A stretch of 64,000 nucleotides of DNA from positions 137,070-201,069 of the forward strand of contig JBALDB010000001.1 of assembly GCA_036918135.1 (NCBI GenBank). Reading direction: 5' to 3'. The position numbers were made by a program, and so were the translations under genes. Within the stretch, counting starts at the first letter, position 1. The number at the start of each line of letters is the position of its first letter. This document shows positions 30,450 through 40,474 of this stretch, one piece after another. The notes under the pieces are model-generated. The model worked only from the letters and a program-made list of their open reading frames with translations, searched no databases and was not told the origin of the DNA. This stretch comes from Nostoc sp. GTDB taxonomy: Bacteria > Cyanobacteriota > Cyanobacteriia > Cyanobacteriales > Nostocaceae.

Positions 30450-31190
30450 ATGTCAGAAGATTTAAAAGGCAAAGTTGCACTGATCACAGGTGCAAACAAA
30501 GGTATTGGGTATGAAATCGCACGTCAACTAGGTTCTAAAGGTGCCACTGTTGTTGTCGGTGCCAGAGATATCGCACGTGGTGAAGAAGCGGCGAATAAGC
30601 TTCGTATAAACGATATTGATGCCAAAGCAATTCAATTAGATGTAGTAGACCAAAAAACAATCGACTCAACTGCCCAACAAATCGAGAGCGAATTTGGCAA
30701 ACTTGATATCCTGATCAATAATGCTGGGATAATAAGCGATGGCGATCGCCTTCCACCCAGTCAAGTTGATATTCAAATACTGCGACACACTTATGAGACA
30801 AATGTCTTTGGAGTATTTGCAGTTACAAAAGCTTTGTTACCACTGTTGAAGAAATCAACAGCAGGGAGAATAGTGAATATATCAAGTGGTTTAGGTTCTC
30901 TAACTCAAAACTCCGACCCCAATTTTGAGTTTGCTGATTATAAGCTTCTTGCTTATAACTCATCAAAGACAGCAGTAAACGCGCTTACAGTTCTGCTTGC
31001 TGCTGAACTCAAAGATACCCCGATAAAAGTCAATGCTGCTGACCCTGGTTACACAGCAACCGACATCAATCAACACCAAGGTCACCGCACTGTTAAGCAG
31101 GGGGCCGCAGCAGCAGTCAGACTTGCTACTCTCCCTGATGATGGTTCTAGCGGAGGGTTTTTTGATGAAGACGGCGTAGTTCCCTGGTAA
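30450..31190 (+). CDS. Short-chain dehydrogenase/reductase (carbonyl reductase-like)
   Basis: TGANKGIG, NNAG, YNSSK, PGYTATD. Confidence 0.92.
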   Translation: MSEDLKGKVALITGANKGIGYEIARQLGSKGATVVVGARDIARGEEAANKLRINDIDAKAIQLDVVDQKTIDSTAQQIESEFGKLDILINNAGIISDGDRLPPSQVDIQILRHTYETNVFGVFAVTKALLPLLKKSTAGRIVNISSGLGSLTQNSDPNFEFADYKLLAYNSSKTAVNALTVLLAAELKDTPIKVNAADPGYTATDINQHQGHRTVKQGAAAAVRLATLPDDGSSGGFFDEDGVVPW

Positions 31191-31254
31191 AGGGGCATTG
31201 GGCATGAAACATGGAGCATTGGCGCACAAAAGTGGAGTTCAAAGGCTCGTCGCC

Positions 31255-31443
31255 GAGTATTAAAAACTGATTCACGAGTATCAAAGACTCATCCACGAGT
31301 ATTAAAGACTCATCCACGAGTATCAAAGACTCATCGCCGAGTATTAAAGACTCGTTCACGAGTATTAAAGACTCATCCACGAGTATCAAAGACTCATCCA
31401 CGAGTATCAAAGACTCGTCCACGAGTATCAAAGACTCATCCCC
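31255..31443. repeat. 21-bp tandem repeat array, 9 copies plus 1 degenerate upstream
   Basis: Unit GAGTAT(C/T)AAAGACTC(A/G)TCCAC; no unique spacers. Confidence 0.9.
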
Positions 31444-31460
31444 CATGCCCCATACCCCAT

Positions 31461-32444
31461 TCAATAGGGATTTGAATCAATCCGTCCTCTTTTAACACTC
31501 CTGAGATAGTATCCTGAGGTTGGTCTGTTTCTCAAGTTGAAGGTATCGCCGCGAGGAACTCTCCAAATCTTGTAGTTGGAAAACGTCAAAGGCGATCGCG
31601 GTTCGCATACTTCTGGCATATGATCGCCTAGTACAAAGTACGCTGCACCTCTACCGATAACTTTTACTAAACCGTATTTATCCACAACAACCGATGTACT
31701 TTCACTGACTGCTATACCTAAAATACTATTAGATACACCGTCTTTAATTTGACGAGCAATAAAAGTCATAATTCGACCCATTCTTTCCCGCCGGTCGAAG
31801 TGTGTATCTACGATAGTTCCCTTCAAATAACTCCAGTTAAAAAAGTTGTAAGTAAAAGTAATGTCTCGGTAAGGGTCTTCGAGTGCATCTCTAGTTTCAA
31901 TGCCTTTTTCAGAAGAAGCACAAGCATCGTAAACATACTCACTTTGGATCATCGCACCCGCACTGGTGCCACCAATACCACCTCCCTTCAGGTAAACTGA
32001 CTTAACAGCACCCTCCAACTTCGTGTCTTTCCAACTGCGAATGTATTGACATTGGTCGCCGCCAGCAAAGAAAACCACATCAGCATTTCTGACTTTTTCA
32101 ACAATCTCAGCTTTGTTTGCTTCTTGGCGATTGCTAATAACTAGAGTTTCTACTGAGTTTACGCCTTTCATTGCAGAAATTAGGCGATTGTAATCGTGAT
32201 TACCATAAGTCCGGATAACAACAACATTAAGTTTGGTGGCGGAGTTAGTACCTCCCCTAACTTCGTTAATCATCCACTGGATAGCGTCCTCCACATCGGG
32301 GCCTCCTCCACCCAAGCTAAGAACCGGGCCAGACAAGGAAGAAGAACGGACATCAAAAGAGGGGGAGGGGCTAACATCAAGACTGTCGCCTAAGAAATAG
32401 CGTTTCCAATTTGCGATAAAACGGGTTATAAGGAAGATTCCCAT
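31461..32444 (-). CDS. Cyanophycinase-like peptidase (S51)
   Basis: FFAGGDQ, GGTSAGA nucleophile elbow, VDTHF; start uncertain (32444/32507). Confidence 0.82.
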   Translation of the reverse strand: MGIFLITRFIANWKRYFLGDSLDVSPSPSFDVRSSSLSGPVLSLGGGGPDVEDAIQWMINEVRGGTNSATKLNVVVIRTYGNHDYNRLISAMKGVNSVETLVISNRQEANKAEIVEKVRNADVVFFAGGDQCQYIRSWKDTKLEGAVKSVYLKGGGIGGTSAGAMIQSEYVYDACASSEKGIETRDALEDPYRDITFTYNFFNWSYLKGTIVDTHFDRRERMGRIMTFIARQIKDGVSNSILGIAVSESTSVVVDKYGLVKVIGRGAAYFVLGDHMPEVCEPRSPLTFSNYKIWRVPRGDTFNLRNRPTSGYYLRSVKRGRIDSNPY

Positions 32445-32584
32445 GTTAAATAATTTGATTGCTCTACTTTTGAAGCGCCTTGATACGTTTGGGAATGCCT
32501 TTGTCATACTAAACTTATGATGCAAACTCCAATTATTGCTGAGCTGTTATGTATTTGAATTGCTCATTTAGTCGTGAATATTGT

Positions 32585-32850
32585 CCTTAGTTATTTGTCC
32601 TCTCTTACAAAGTGACGCTCCTGTCCTGAAAAGTTCAGATCGGCGGAAGCCGCCGCTCCGACTTTTCGCTGCGTCGAAGAGAGCTGCGCTAACTGATGTC
32701 TAACAATAAGCCGCCCTTCAGGCATCTACGGAGGAAACCTTCGCTCAACGCCACTTGCTTTCTGACGTAGGGCGCTGAGGTAGCAGAGGCTCGACTTTGC
32801 GCTTTGTTCTTCGTAAAGACAAATGACCAATGACAAATGACAAAGGACAG
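32585..32850. repeat. Composite of GC-rich small dispersed repeats within a TGACAAA-type heptamer tract
   Basis: Hairpins such as GCGG-AAG-CCGC and GGAGGAAACCTTC flanked by ttgtcct / acaaatgac heptamers; related composite at 54110-54285. Confidence 0.55.
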
Positions 32851-33061
32851 TTTAAAGAAATTTAGACGCCTATTATCTTAACTTTGGCATCATAAAGCTT
32901 GAAATTCCAGCGTACAGGACTTGTACTGTTTTTTAATGCAATATAACCGAGAGTAGTCATTGATTATCTGCATTATTCTGCAATCATCTCTAGATTGCTT
33001 GTAGCTTTTTATTTAGATCGGATAAAAGCCTATCTATATAATTCTGATTTAATTCAGGCAA

Positions 33062-33127
33062 AGCCACCAGTATTTCCCTAAAAAAGCTGTGTCGTTGATA
33101 TTACTATGTATAGGGAAACTGGTAGCT
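33062..33127 (-). terminator. Stem-loop downstream of the GT4 gene
   Basis: agccaccagt-atttcccta ... tagggaaactggtagct inverted repeat. Confidence 0.5.
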
Positions 33128-33221
33128 ATCCTTTTTTATGCCTGTGTCTTAATTCACGCGGAATTATTTGCGAACCTACTCTTTTTTATCCAAAGTCTAA
33201 AAATATAAGCAGTATACTTGA

Positions 33222-34409
33222 TTACCAGATAATTTGCGATCGCTCTTGCACAACTTGTTGATAAACTTCTTCGGTTTGCTTGGCTAATTTCGGCCAGCTA
33301 AAGCGTCGTTCTAAATCTTCATAAGCATTATCTACCAGCCATTGCCGATAACCTGGATTTCTTAATATCTCCAAAATTCCCCAAGCTAAGGAATCAGCGT
33401 TATTTACCCAAGTCACAATACCCGTTTTGGTATGTTGTACGACTTCTGGAAAACCACCTGTATCAGATACAACTACAGGTACACGAGAAGCAAAGCTTTC
33501 TAAAGCCACAATTCCAAAGGGTTCGTAAAGACTGGGAAATACAGCACAATCAGCAACAGTTTGAAATTTATCTAAATATTCATCAGAGAGAAAACCAGTA
33601 AAATAGCAATTGTGCCAAATTCCTAAATCCCAAGATTGGCGTTTGAGATGGTCGGTATTGCCACCACCAACGATCACAAATTTCACTTTACCAGCCATTT
33701 CCCAAAGTATTTTGGGTGCAGCATTCAACAATGTAGGTACACCCTTTTCATAAGTCATGCGACCAAGGTAGTAAACGATTTTCTCATCATCGTCGGCAAA
33801 TCGGCGGCGAAAATCCAGAGCATGAAAATCTTCATGATGTCGTTTCTTTTCAGCTCGGATACCGTTATAAATGATATCGATTTTGTTCCAAGGACTGTGT
33901 AGCGCTCGTTCTACTTCCCGCCGCATATAGTCGCTACAAACGATAATCCGCCAAGCATTGTAAGCTAATAAGGTTTCTTTACCATTAATATAACGTTGTA
34001 TATCAGTATGAATACCGTTATAACGTCCGTATTCTGTAGCGTGAATTGTAGCAATTAGTGGTATTTTAAAATTATGCTTGAGAGCGATCGCAGCGTCTCC
34101 GACTAACCAATCATGGGCATGAATTAAATCAAACGGGCCTTCCTCTAAGATTAACTTACCACCATGATGTCCCATGCTTTCGTTGAGATTGACCACCCAG
34201 TGGAAAAAGTCATTACTATATCCCACTGGCACCCGATGTATGTTTACTCCCTCCACCACTTCATACATTGATGCTTGACCAAACTCCACTGTAATCAAAT
34301 GGACTTCATGCCCTAACTTTACTAGTTCTGGGTACAATTCAGCTACATGACGCGCAATTCCTCCAACTATCCTGGGTGGAAACTCCCAACTCAGTACCAG
34401 TATTTTCAT
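33222..34409 (-). CDS. Glycosyltransferase family 4
   Basis: WEFPPRIVGG, HAHDW, GRMTYEKG, PSLYEPFGIVALE. Confidence 0.92.
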   Translation of the reverse strand: MKILVLSWEFPPRIVGGIARHVAELYPELVKLGHEVHLITVEFGQASMYEVVEGVNIHRVPVGYSNDFFHWVVNLNESMGHHGGKLILEEGPFDLIHAHDWLVGDAAIALKHNFKIPLIATIHATEYGRYNGIHTDIQRYINGKETLLAYNAWRIIVCSDYMRREVERALHSPWNKIDIIYNGIRAEKKRHHEDFHALDFRRRFADDDEKIVYYLGRMTYEKGVPTLLNAAPKILWEMAGKVKFVIVGGGNTDHLKRQSWDLGIWHNCYFTGFLSDEYLDKFQTVADCAVFPSLYEPFGIVALESFASRVPVVVSDTGGFPEVVQHTKTGIVTWVNNADSLAWGILEILRNPGYRQWLVDNAYEDLERRFSWPKLAKQTEEVYQQVVQERSQIIW

Positions 34410-34636
34410 CTGCTAGATTTCCTGAGACTTGACAAATATCTAAAAAACTAGATTTATCTAAAAATACAAGTCTGCCCATTTTATTAAGTGGATTTACTCG
34501 TATTTTGAGATTTTTAACAGTTATTTTGTTAAAGCTTATCAAAGGATATGAACTGTGGGCTAGAGATTGATGGGGGGATGAGGAGATGGAGTGCGTTCAA
34601 AAATGTAGGCGATTTCAACTTTGTGACATAGACAAC

Positions 34637-35128
34637 TTAGGTTTGGTAGCCATCTCGACCCCAAATGTCAACTTCATAGCGAATAAATTCACCATTGGCA
34701 GCAGCAGCGATCGCAGTTTTTAATTGTAGTTGTGTTTCTGGAGAAATTGTCCACCACTTTGCTTCCCAAAATAATTTACCAACGACTTCTTCTCGCGTAA
34801 TTCCCGCAAAGTCTAGTGCTGTTTGGTTGACTTCTAAAACAATTCCACTTGGTTGAAGTAATCCGATAAACTGAATGGTTTGATTGAAGATCGCATGGAA
34901 TTTTTGCTCGCTTTGACTTAAAGCTTCTTGTGCTTGTTTGCTGTCAGTAATATCTCGTCCCACCGATTGCAGTTCTACAAGATTACCTTGCTCATCAAAT
35001 ATACCTCGTGTAATCCACTGCGCCCAACGCACCTTTTGGCAACGCACCTTTTGGCAAGCAATAACCCGATTTTCAAAGGTGATAACCGGATTTTCTAAGC
35101 TGATGGAATTTACTAAGTAAGTCGGCAC
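34637..35128 (-). pseudogene. Orphan PAS/PAC sensor fragment
   Basis: PAC half (WITRGIFDEQG...GRDIT) followed by a PAS truncated mid-domain; 15-bp tandem duplication (CQKVR x2); no kinase/output domain. Confidence 0.7.
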
Positions 35129-35413
35129 AATAAAACCAAACTATGTGAAGAAAAATTAACTAAGCTAAAACCCTTTTCCCTCCTGCCTCAAAACCCGTAA
35201 CTTTGTACTTCATGCAAATGAAAACTGCTGTAAATTGTTGTAGCGTGGCGCTTAATCAGCTGACACTCAATTCTTAATAGTTGTTCGATGGGGCAATGGC
35301 TGATATTGTTGCAGTTGCAGACTACTTTTTTGCGCCCGAAGATTACCGTTTAGACAATAATGGAGAAAAATTACACCAGTAGTTTTACATAGCAAGGGAG
35401 TAAAAATAAAATC

Positions 35414-35459
35414 TGCCAGCAGCAAGCCTAAACTTTTACAATTTAGCCTGCTGTTGGCA
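35414..35459 (-). terminator. Hairpin downstream of lepA
   Basis: tgccagcagcaag...cctgctgttggca, with a T-rich tract after it on the minus strand. Confidence 0.55.
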
Positions 35460-35513
35460 TTTGAGATCTAGCCTCAAGCAGCCAATCATCTTTGAAGGTT
35501 AAGCACAATTAAA

Positions 35514-37325
35514 TTAGCTTTGATCCAAGCGTAATACTGCCATAAAGGCTTCCTGAGGAACATCTACTGTACCCACAGATTTCATTCGTTTTTTACCTTT
35601 TGCCTGCTTTTGTAAAAGTTTCTTCTTGCGGCTGATGTCACCACCGTAGCACTTGGCTAACACATCTTTCCGCAAAGCAGGGATGTGTTCGCTAGCAATC
35701 ACTTTACTGCCAATAGAGGCTTGAATTGGCACTTTAAATTGATGGCGAGGAATTAATTCTTTGAGTTTTTCTGCCATTGACCGCCCGACGTTGTAAGCTT
35801 TATCTCGATGGACAATCATCGCCAAAGAATCCACAGGATCGCCATTAATTAAAATATCCAGCTTTACCAGCGGATTTTCTCGGTAACCGATCAGGTGATA
35901 TTCCATGCTGGCATAACCGCGCGATCGCGATTTCATTTGGTCAAAAAAGTCGGTGACAACTTCCGCCAAGGGTAACTCATACGTAAGTGTGGTTCGTCCT
36001 TGGGTAAGATATTTCATATCTTTGAAAACGCCACGTCTGTTTTGTGATAACTCCATTAAAGTCCCAACGTAGGTTTCTGGCGTAATCATTTCTACCTGAA
36101 CGTAGGGTTCTTCAATTTTTTCGCGATCGTTAGGAGCAGGCAAGTGGCTGGGATTATCAATGTAGAGTTCCTCACCTTTGTTACTTGTCACCCGGTAAAC
36201 TACTGAAGGTGCTGTAATAATTAAATCAAGGTCGTATTCTCTTTCCAAACGTTCTTGAACAATTTCCATGTGCAGTAAGCCCAAGAACCCGCAACGGAAA
36301 CCAAATCCCATTGCGCTGGAAGTTTCTGGTTCGTAGTGCAGCGCCGCATCGTTGAGTCTGAGTTTTTCTAGAGCTTCCCGCAAGTCTTCAAATTGATCGG
36401 CATCAATAGGGAACATACCACAAAAGACCATTGGGTTTGCTTCTGCATAACCTGGTAAGGGTGCCTCTGCTTTGGCCTTACTTAAGGTAATTGTGTCTCC
36501 TACCCGTGCATCAGCTACAGCTTTAATTGCCGCTGCCAAATAGCCTACTTCCCCAGCGTGCAGTTCTTCGACTTGCTTTTGAGTGGGAGAAAGAACGCCT
36601 AACTCGTCAATTTCAAATTCTTTACCGGATGCCATTAAATGGATGCGATCGCCTTTTTTCAATGTGCCATCCATCACCCGGAAATATACAATTACTCCCC
36701 GATAGCTGTCGTAATAGCTATCAAAAATTAACGCCCGTAAGCGTTCATTTATTGTATTTGCCGGTGGTGGTATCCGCTCAACAACTGCTTCTAAAATCTC
36801 ATCAATCCCAATTCCTTCTTTAGCAGAGGCGAGAATTGCACCACTGCAATCTAGACCAATAATTTCTTCAATTTCGCCAATTACTCGTTCTGGTTCAGCC
36901 CCCGGCAAATCAATTTTATTCAAAACCGGGATAATTTCTAGGTTATTTTCTAACGCTAAATATACATTTGCCAAAGTTTGCGCTTCCACACCTTGGGAGG
37001 CATCTACTACCAACAGCGCTCCTTCACAAGCAACAAGAGAACGCGACACTTCATAAGAAAAATCCACATGTCCTGGAGTATCAATTAGGTTCAGAACATA
37101 TTGCTGACCATCTTTGGCTGTGTAATTCATCCGGGCAGCTTGCAGCTTAATGGTAATGCCGCGCTCCCGTTCTAGATCCATGTTGTCGAGAAACTGTTCC
37201 TTCATCTGCCGCTCGTCAACAGTACCAGTGGCTTGTAGCAAGCGATCGGCGAGGGTTGATTTCCCGTGGTCGATGTGAGCAATAATACAAAAATTGCGAA
37301 TGCGAACTGCGGGAACGTCAGTCAT
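35514..37325 (-). CDS. lepA: Translation elongation factor 4
   Basis: [36 protein letters not shown]. Confidence 0.97.
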   Translation of the reverse strand: MTDVPAVRIRNFCIIAHIDHGKSTLADRLLQATGTVDERQMKEQFLDNMDLERERGITIKLQAARMNYTAKDGQQYVLNLIDTPGHVDFSYEVSRSLVACEGALLVVDASQGVEAQTLANVYLALENNLEIIPVLNKIDLPGAEPERVIGEIEEIIGLDCSGAILASAKEGIGIDEILEAVVERIPPPANTINERLRALIFDSYYDSYRGVIVYFRVMDGTLKKGDRIHLMASGKEFEIDELGVLSPTQKQVEELHAGEVGYLAAAIKAVADARVGDTITLSKAKAEAPLPGYAEANPMVFCGMFPIDADQFEDLREALEKLRLNDAALHYEPETSSAMGFGFRCGFLGLLHMEIVQERLEREYDLDLIITAPSVVYRVTSNKGEELYIDNPSHLPAPNDREKIEEPYVQVEMITPETYVGTLMELSQNRRGVFKDMKYLTQGRTTLTYELPLAEVVTDFFDQMKSRSRGYASMEYHLIGYRENPLVKLDILINGDPVDSLAMIVHRDKAYNVGRSMAEKLKELIPRHQFKVPIQASIGSKVIASEHIPALRKDVLAKCYGGDISRKKKLLQKQAKGKKRMKSVGTVDVPQEAFMAVLRLDQS

Positions 37326-37948
37326 ATACTATCTTTGCCTTAGCAGCAACCAAAGTTAAAAAAGCAATTTACTTAATGTATTTTAATGCTTTCTTTGCCA
37401 AGACGCTCCTGGTTTTAGTAAGGACTGGGAATTGCGAGTGTAGGAGGAGTGGGAAGGGTGGGAAAGTTTTTTATAATCTCCCTCATTTCGGGTTGATGAG
37501 CGTACCCCTGCTCTTAAGCAAGGCTGGGCGTAGCGTCTCGTAGAGAAGTCGAACCACATCTTCCAGTCCCCAATCCCCTCTTCACCCCATCTTTAACTTT
37601 GCATATAAATAGGTGGACTTTTAAGAATATTATGAAAGTCTATTTGTCGGTGCTAGTATTCATCAGCTAGAAGCGTACAATAAATGTAAAGTAAGTACAT
37701 GTAGGGATCGTGGGCAATTGCCACCCGTAATTGTCCGGAGTCACTGGTTCATCGGCAAAACTTCTACAAAGCTCTTGTCTAGTCAGTTATATGAAAAATG
37801 CGACTTAAAATTTAAAGCTGTTATTTTGGTGCTATTTCAGGGAACTATGTAACTATACCCTTGAAGATTCTTCAGTGAATTAGCCCAAATTATGAATATA
37901 ACTACTTTACAAAGCTTTAAACTAAACCAATTCAGAGTATATAAACCT

Positions 37949-38185
37949 ATGAATATGCAACACAGAGCTACCGATGCGGGAAAAACACGAGCCGATAAGG
38001 TAGAAATTGCTATCCGCCTAGACTCCGAGTTATTAGAGCAAATTCAGCATCTCACTAACGACCCAAGTAAAGTGATTGAGGTGGCAATTCGCCAGTGGTT
38101 GCGAGGTGAAATACTAAGAGATGATGAACTGACGCGCACACCAGTGCGTACTCCAGTTCCGGCTCGGGGTGAGTGGAACGATTAG
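37949..38185 (+). CDS. Small ribbon-helix-helix/CcdA-like protein
   Basis: KVEIAIRLDSELL...SKVIEVAIRQWL. Confidence 0.65.
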   Translation: MNMQHRATDAGKTRADKVEIAIRLDSELLEQIQHLTNDPSKVIEVAIRQWLRGEILRDDELTRTPVRTPVPARGEWND

Positions 38186-38355
38186 ATTATTAATTAACTG
38201 TAATCTTCAGTTAAAAAAAGTAAAGTTTACCAACTTGAATCTCAAAACACCAAGAAATACTCACTAAAATGTGAAAGCTGTAAAAATTTATGCCAAAATC
38301 TGAACAGCTTTGGTAAAATCACGGTCGGATACTCTTTGTCTATCCAACTCAATTA

Positions 38356-40113
38356 ATGACTATTACTGCCAAATCCCAATTGCCGAATATATTTTCCCAA
38401 AATCTGGAATCTATTACCAGTAACAGTGATGGCTCATTACCAACTCTAGGAGCCGAGTTGGTGTACACACAAGATGGGGCAGGGCGCTATCTGACCTTTT
38501 GTTGGCAGTACAGCGAACTCCTGGGGTTAAAGACCGAAAAGATAGTCGATCAACTCAACCAGACTCAAATCTTTGCTCCGGTGGATAAGGTTGCTTATTT
38601 GGAACGATTGCACAGAATTTTGACGAATCTGATACCAGAAAGGTTTCAGTGCTGGTTTAGCTATCACCAGGAATTATTTGAGTTGGACTTAGCCATCAGC
38701 CCAATTATGCCAAGTTTGGGAACAGCTGCCACTACAGTTTTAGTTATGGGACGGTTACTGCAAGCGACACTTAACAAAAAACAAGTGGGCGTGACAGTAA
38801 AAACGCCTACACAAATAGAGTTGGTTTTACGTTCGCAGCAACACCAAAAACTGGTAAATCGGATTACTAGGAATATTCGGCGGACATTGGATTTAGATAT
38901 TATTTGGCAGCAAACAGTTGACAGTTTGGGGAAAGCACTGCGGTTAGAACGCTGTATTATTTGTCAACCTTATAGCTCAAAAGTAGAGGTAAAGGCTGAG
39001 TATCACCAGCCAGAACTTAGCTCAATGATTGGCTTAAAAATAGATATTGCTTCTGAACCTGCCTTTGCTCAGGCCTTGGCAACCTTAGAGCCAGTTGTCA
39101 TGGACGTGTCAGGATACAGTGAGTGTGGGCCATATAAAACTTTAGTAGTTGCAACTTGTTATCAAGATCGAGCCAATGGATTGGTTGTTTTGAGTTGGCA
39201 AGATCAATGCTATACATTAACAGAATCGGAATTAGAATTAGCAAAAGAAGCAGCGGATCAATTAGGAACAGCGATCGCTCATGCTACTTTATATAAAGAA
39301 TTAGAAGCAGCGCGTCAAAAAGCTGAAGACGCCTCCCGCCTCAAGAGCGAGTTTCTCGCCAATGTATCCCATGAAATTCGTACCCCCCTCAACGGGATGA
39401 TTGGCTTTTTAAAGCTGATTTTGGAAGGCATGGCAGACGACCCACAGGAACAAAACCAGTTTTTACAAGAAGCTCATCAGTTATCAATACACCTGCTGCA
39501 TATCATCAATGATATTTTGGACATTGCCAAAATTGAAGCTGGGAAAATGGAACTAGCTTATGCTCCAGTCAAGCTAGATGAGTTATTCACAGATGTAGAA
39601 AATTTCATGCGTCCTCAAGCGGAGATGAAAAACCTCAGCTTCCAGATGCAAATGCCTGCTACCTCGGATGAAATCATCGTCCAAAGTAACTACCAACGCT
39701 TGCTACAAGTGATGCTAAATTTGGTGAACAATGCGATCAAATTTACTCATGAAGGCGGTATTACCGTCAGCGCCGATTTAGTACTCAAAAAAGCCAAGGC
39801 ACAATTTCAAGGACAGCAATTTCCGGGTATGGTGAAAGTGCGTGTAGCAGATACAGGCATTGGTGTATCTTTAGATAAACAAGATAAACTTTTTCAATTA
39901 TTCTCTCAAGTCGATGGCTCCCGCACTCGCCAGTACGGCGGTACAGGTTTAGGACTGGCAATTTCCCAGAAGCTAGTAGAAGCAATGGGCGGTGAAGTAC
40001 ATTTCTACAGTCTAGGTGAAGGACTCGGTTCTACAGTCACATTTACCGTGCCACTATATCAACAACCAGTGATAGTTTTGTCTAATGATGGCGGTTCAAC
40101 AAAAAGTTCCTAG
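38356..40113 (+). CDS. PAS-like/GAF sensor histidine kinase
   Basis: IRRTLDL GAF, SHEIRTPLNG H-box, NAIKFT, DTGIG, GGTGLGL. Confidence 0.92.
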   Translation: MTITAKSQLPNIFSQNLESITSNSDGSLPTLGAELVYTQDGAGRYLTFCWQYSELLGLKTEKIVDQLNQTQIFAPVDKVAYLERLHRILTNLIPERFQCWFSYHQELFELDLAISPIMPSLGTAATTVLVMGRLLQATLNKKQVGVTVKTPTQIELVLRSQQHQKLVNRITRNIRRTLDLDIIWQQTVDSLGKALRLERCIICQPYSSKVEVKAEYHQPELSSMIGLKIDIASEPAFAQALATLEPVVMDVSGYSECGPYKTLVVATCYQDRANGLVVLSWQDQCYTLTESELELAKEAADQLGTAIAHATLYKELEAARQKAEDASRLKSEFLANVSHEIRTPLNGMIGFLKLILEGMADDPQEQNQFLQEAHQLSIHLLHIINDILDIAKIEAGKMELAYAPVKLDELFTDVENFMRPQAEMKNLSFQMQMPATSDEIIVQSNYQRLLQVMLNLVNNAIKFTHEGGITVSADLVLKKAKAQFQGQQFPGMVKVRVADTGIGVSLDKQDKLFQLFSQVDGSRTRQYGGTGLGLAISQKLVEAMGGEVHFYSLGEGLGSTVTFTVPLYQQPVIVLSNDGGSTKSS

Positions 40114-40165
40114 TGCTGAATGTTAAGTTAAGGATGGGCATCCCTAACTGAGTAGGTCTAAAACT

Positions 40166-40396
40166 ATGGAACTAACAATTGACAACGTTGAAACAGTCTT
40201 AGATGAAATGCGCCCTTATCTCATGTCTGATGGTGGCAATGTGGAACTTGTAGAACTCGATGGCCCTATTGTCAAACTGCGGTTGCAAGGCGCCTGTGGT
40301 TCTTGCCCAAGCTCTACAATGACTTTGAGAATGGGTATTGAGCGCCGCCTGCGGGAAATGATTCCCGAAATTGCAGAAGTTGAACAAGTGGTGTAA
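40166..40396 (+). CDS. nfuA: NifU-C / NfuA Fe-S scaffold
   Basis: [22 protein letters not shown]. Confidence 0.9.
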   Translation: MELTIDNVETVLDEMRPYLMSDGGNVELVELDGPIVKLRLQGACGSCPSSTMTLRMGIERRLREMIPEIAEVEQVV

Positions 40397-40474
40397 AAGT
40401 TAGGAGTTATGAGTTATGAGTTATGACTATTAAATTAACTTCCAACTCATAACTCCTTACTCTTGACTATTGTT

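Noticed and set aside
31255..31443. Possible CRISPR array
   Set aside because: Contiguous 21-bp units with no unique spacers; no cas genes
31147..31464. 105-aa minus-strand ORF
   Set aside because: By-product of the 21-bp repeat and heptamers; overlaps the SDR 3' end
35287..35382. Coding-like fragment (DGAMADIVAVADYFFAPEDYRL...)
   Set aside because: Too short; family not recognisable without a search
37949..38185. Toxin-antitoxin module
   Set aside because: RHH-like protein has no adjacent toxin; the next gene is a histidine kinase
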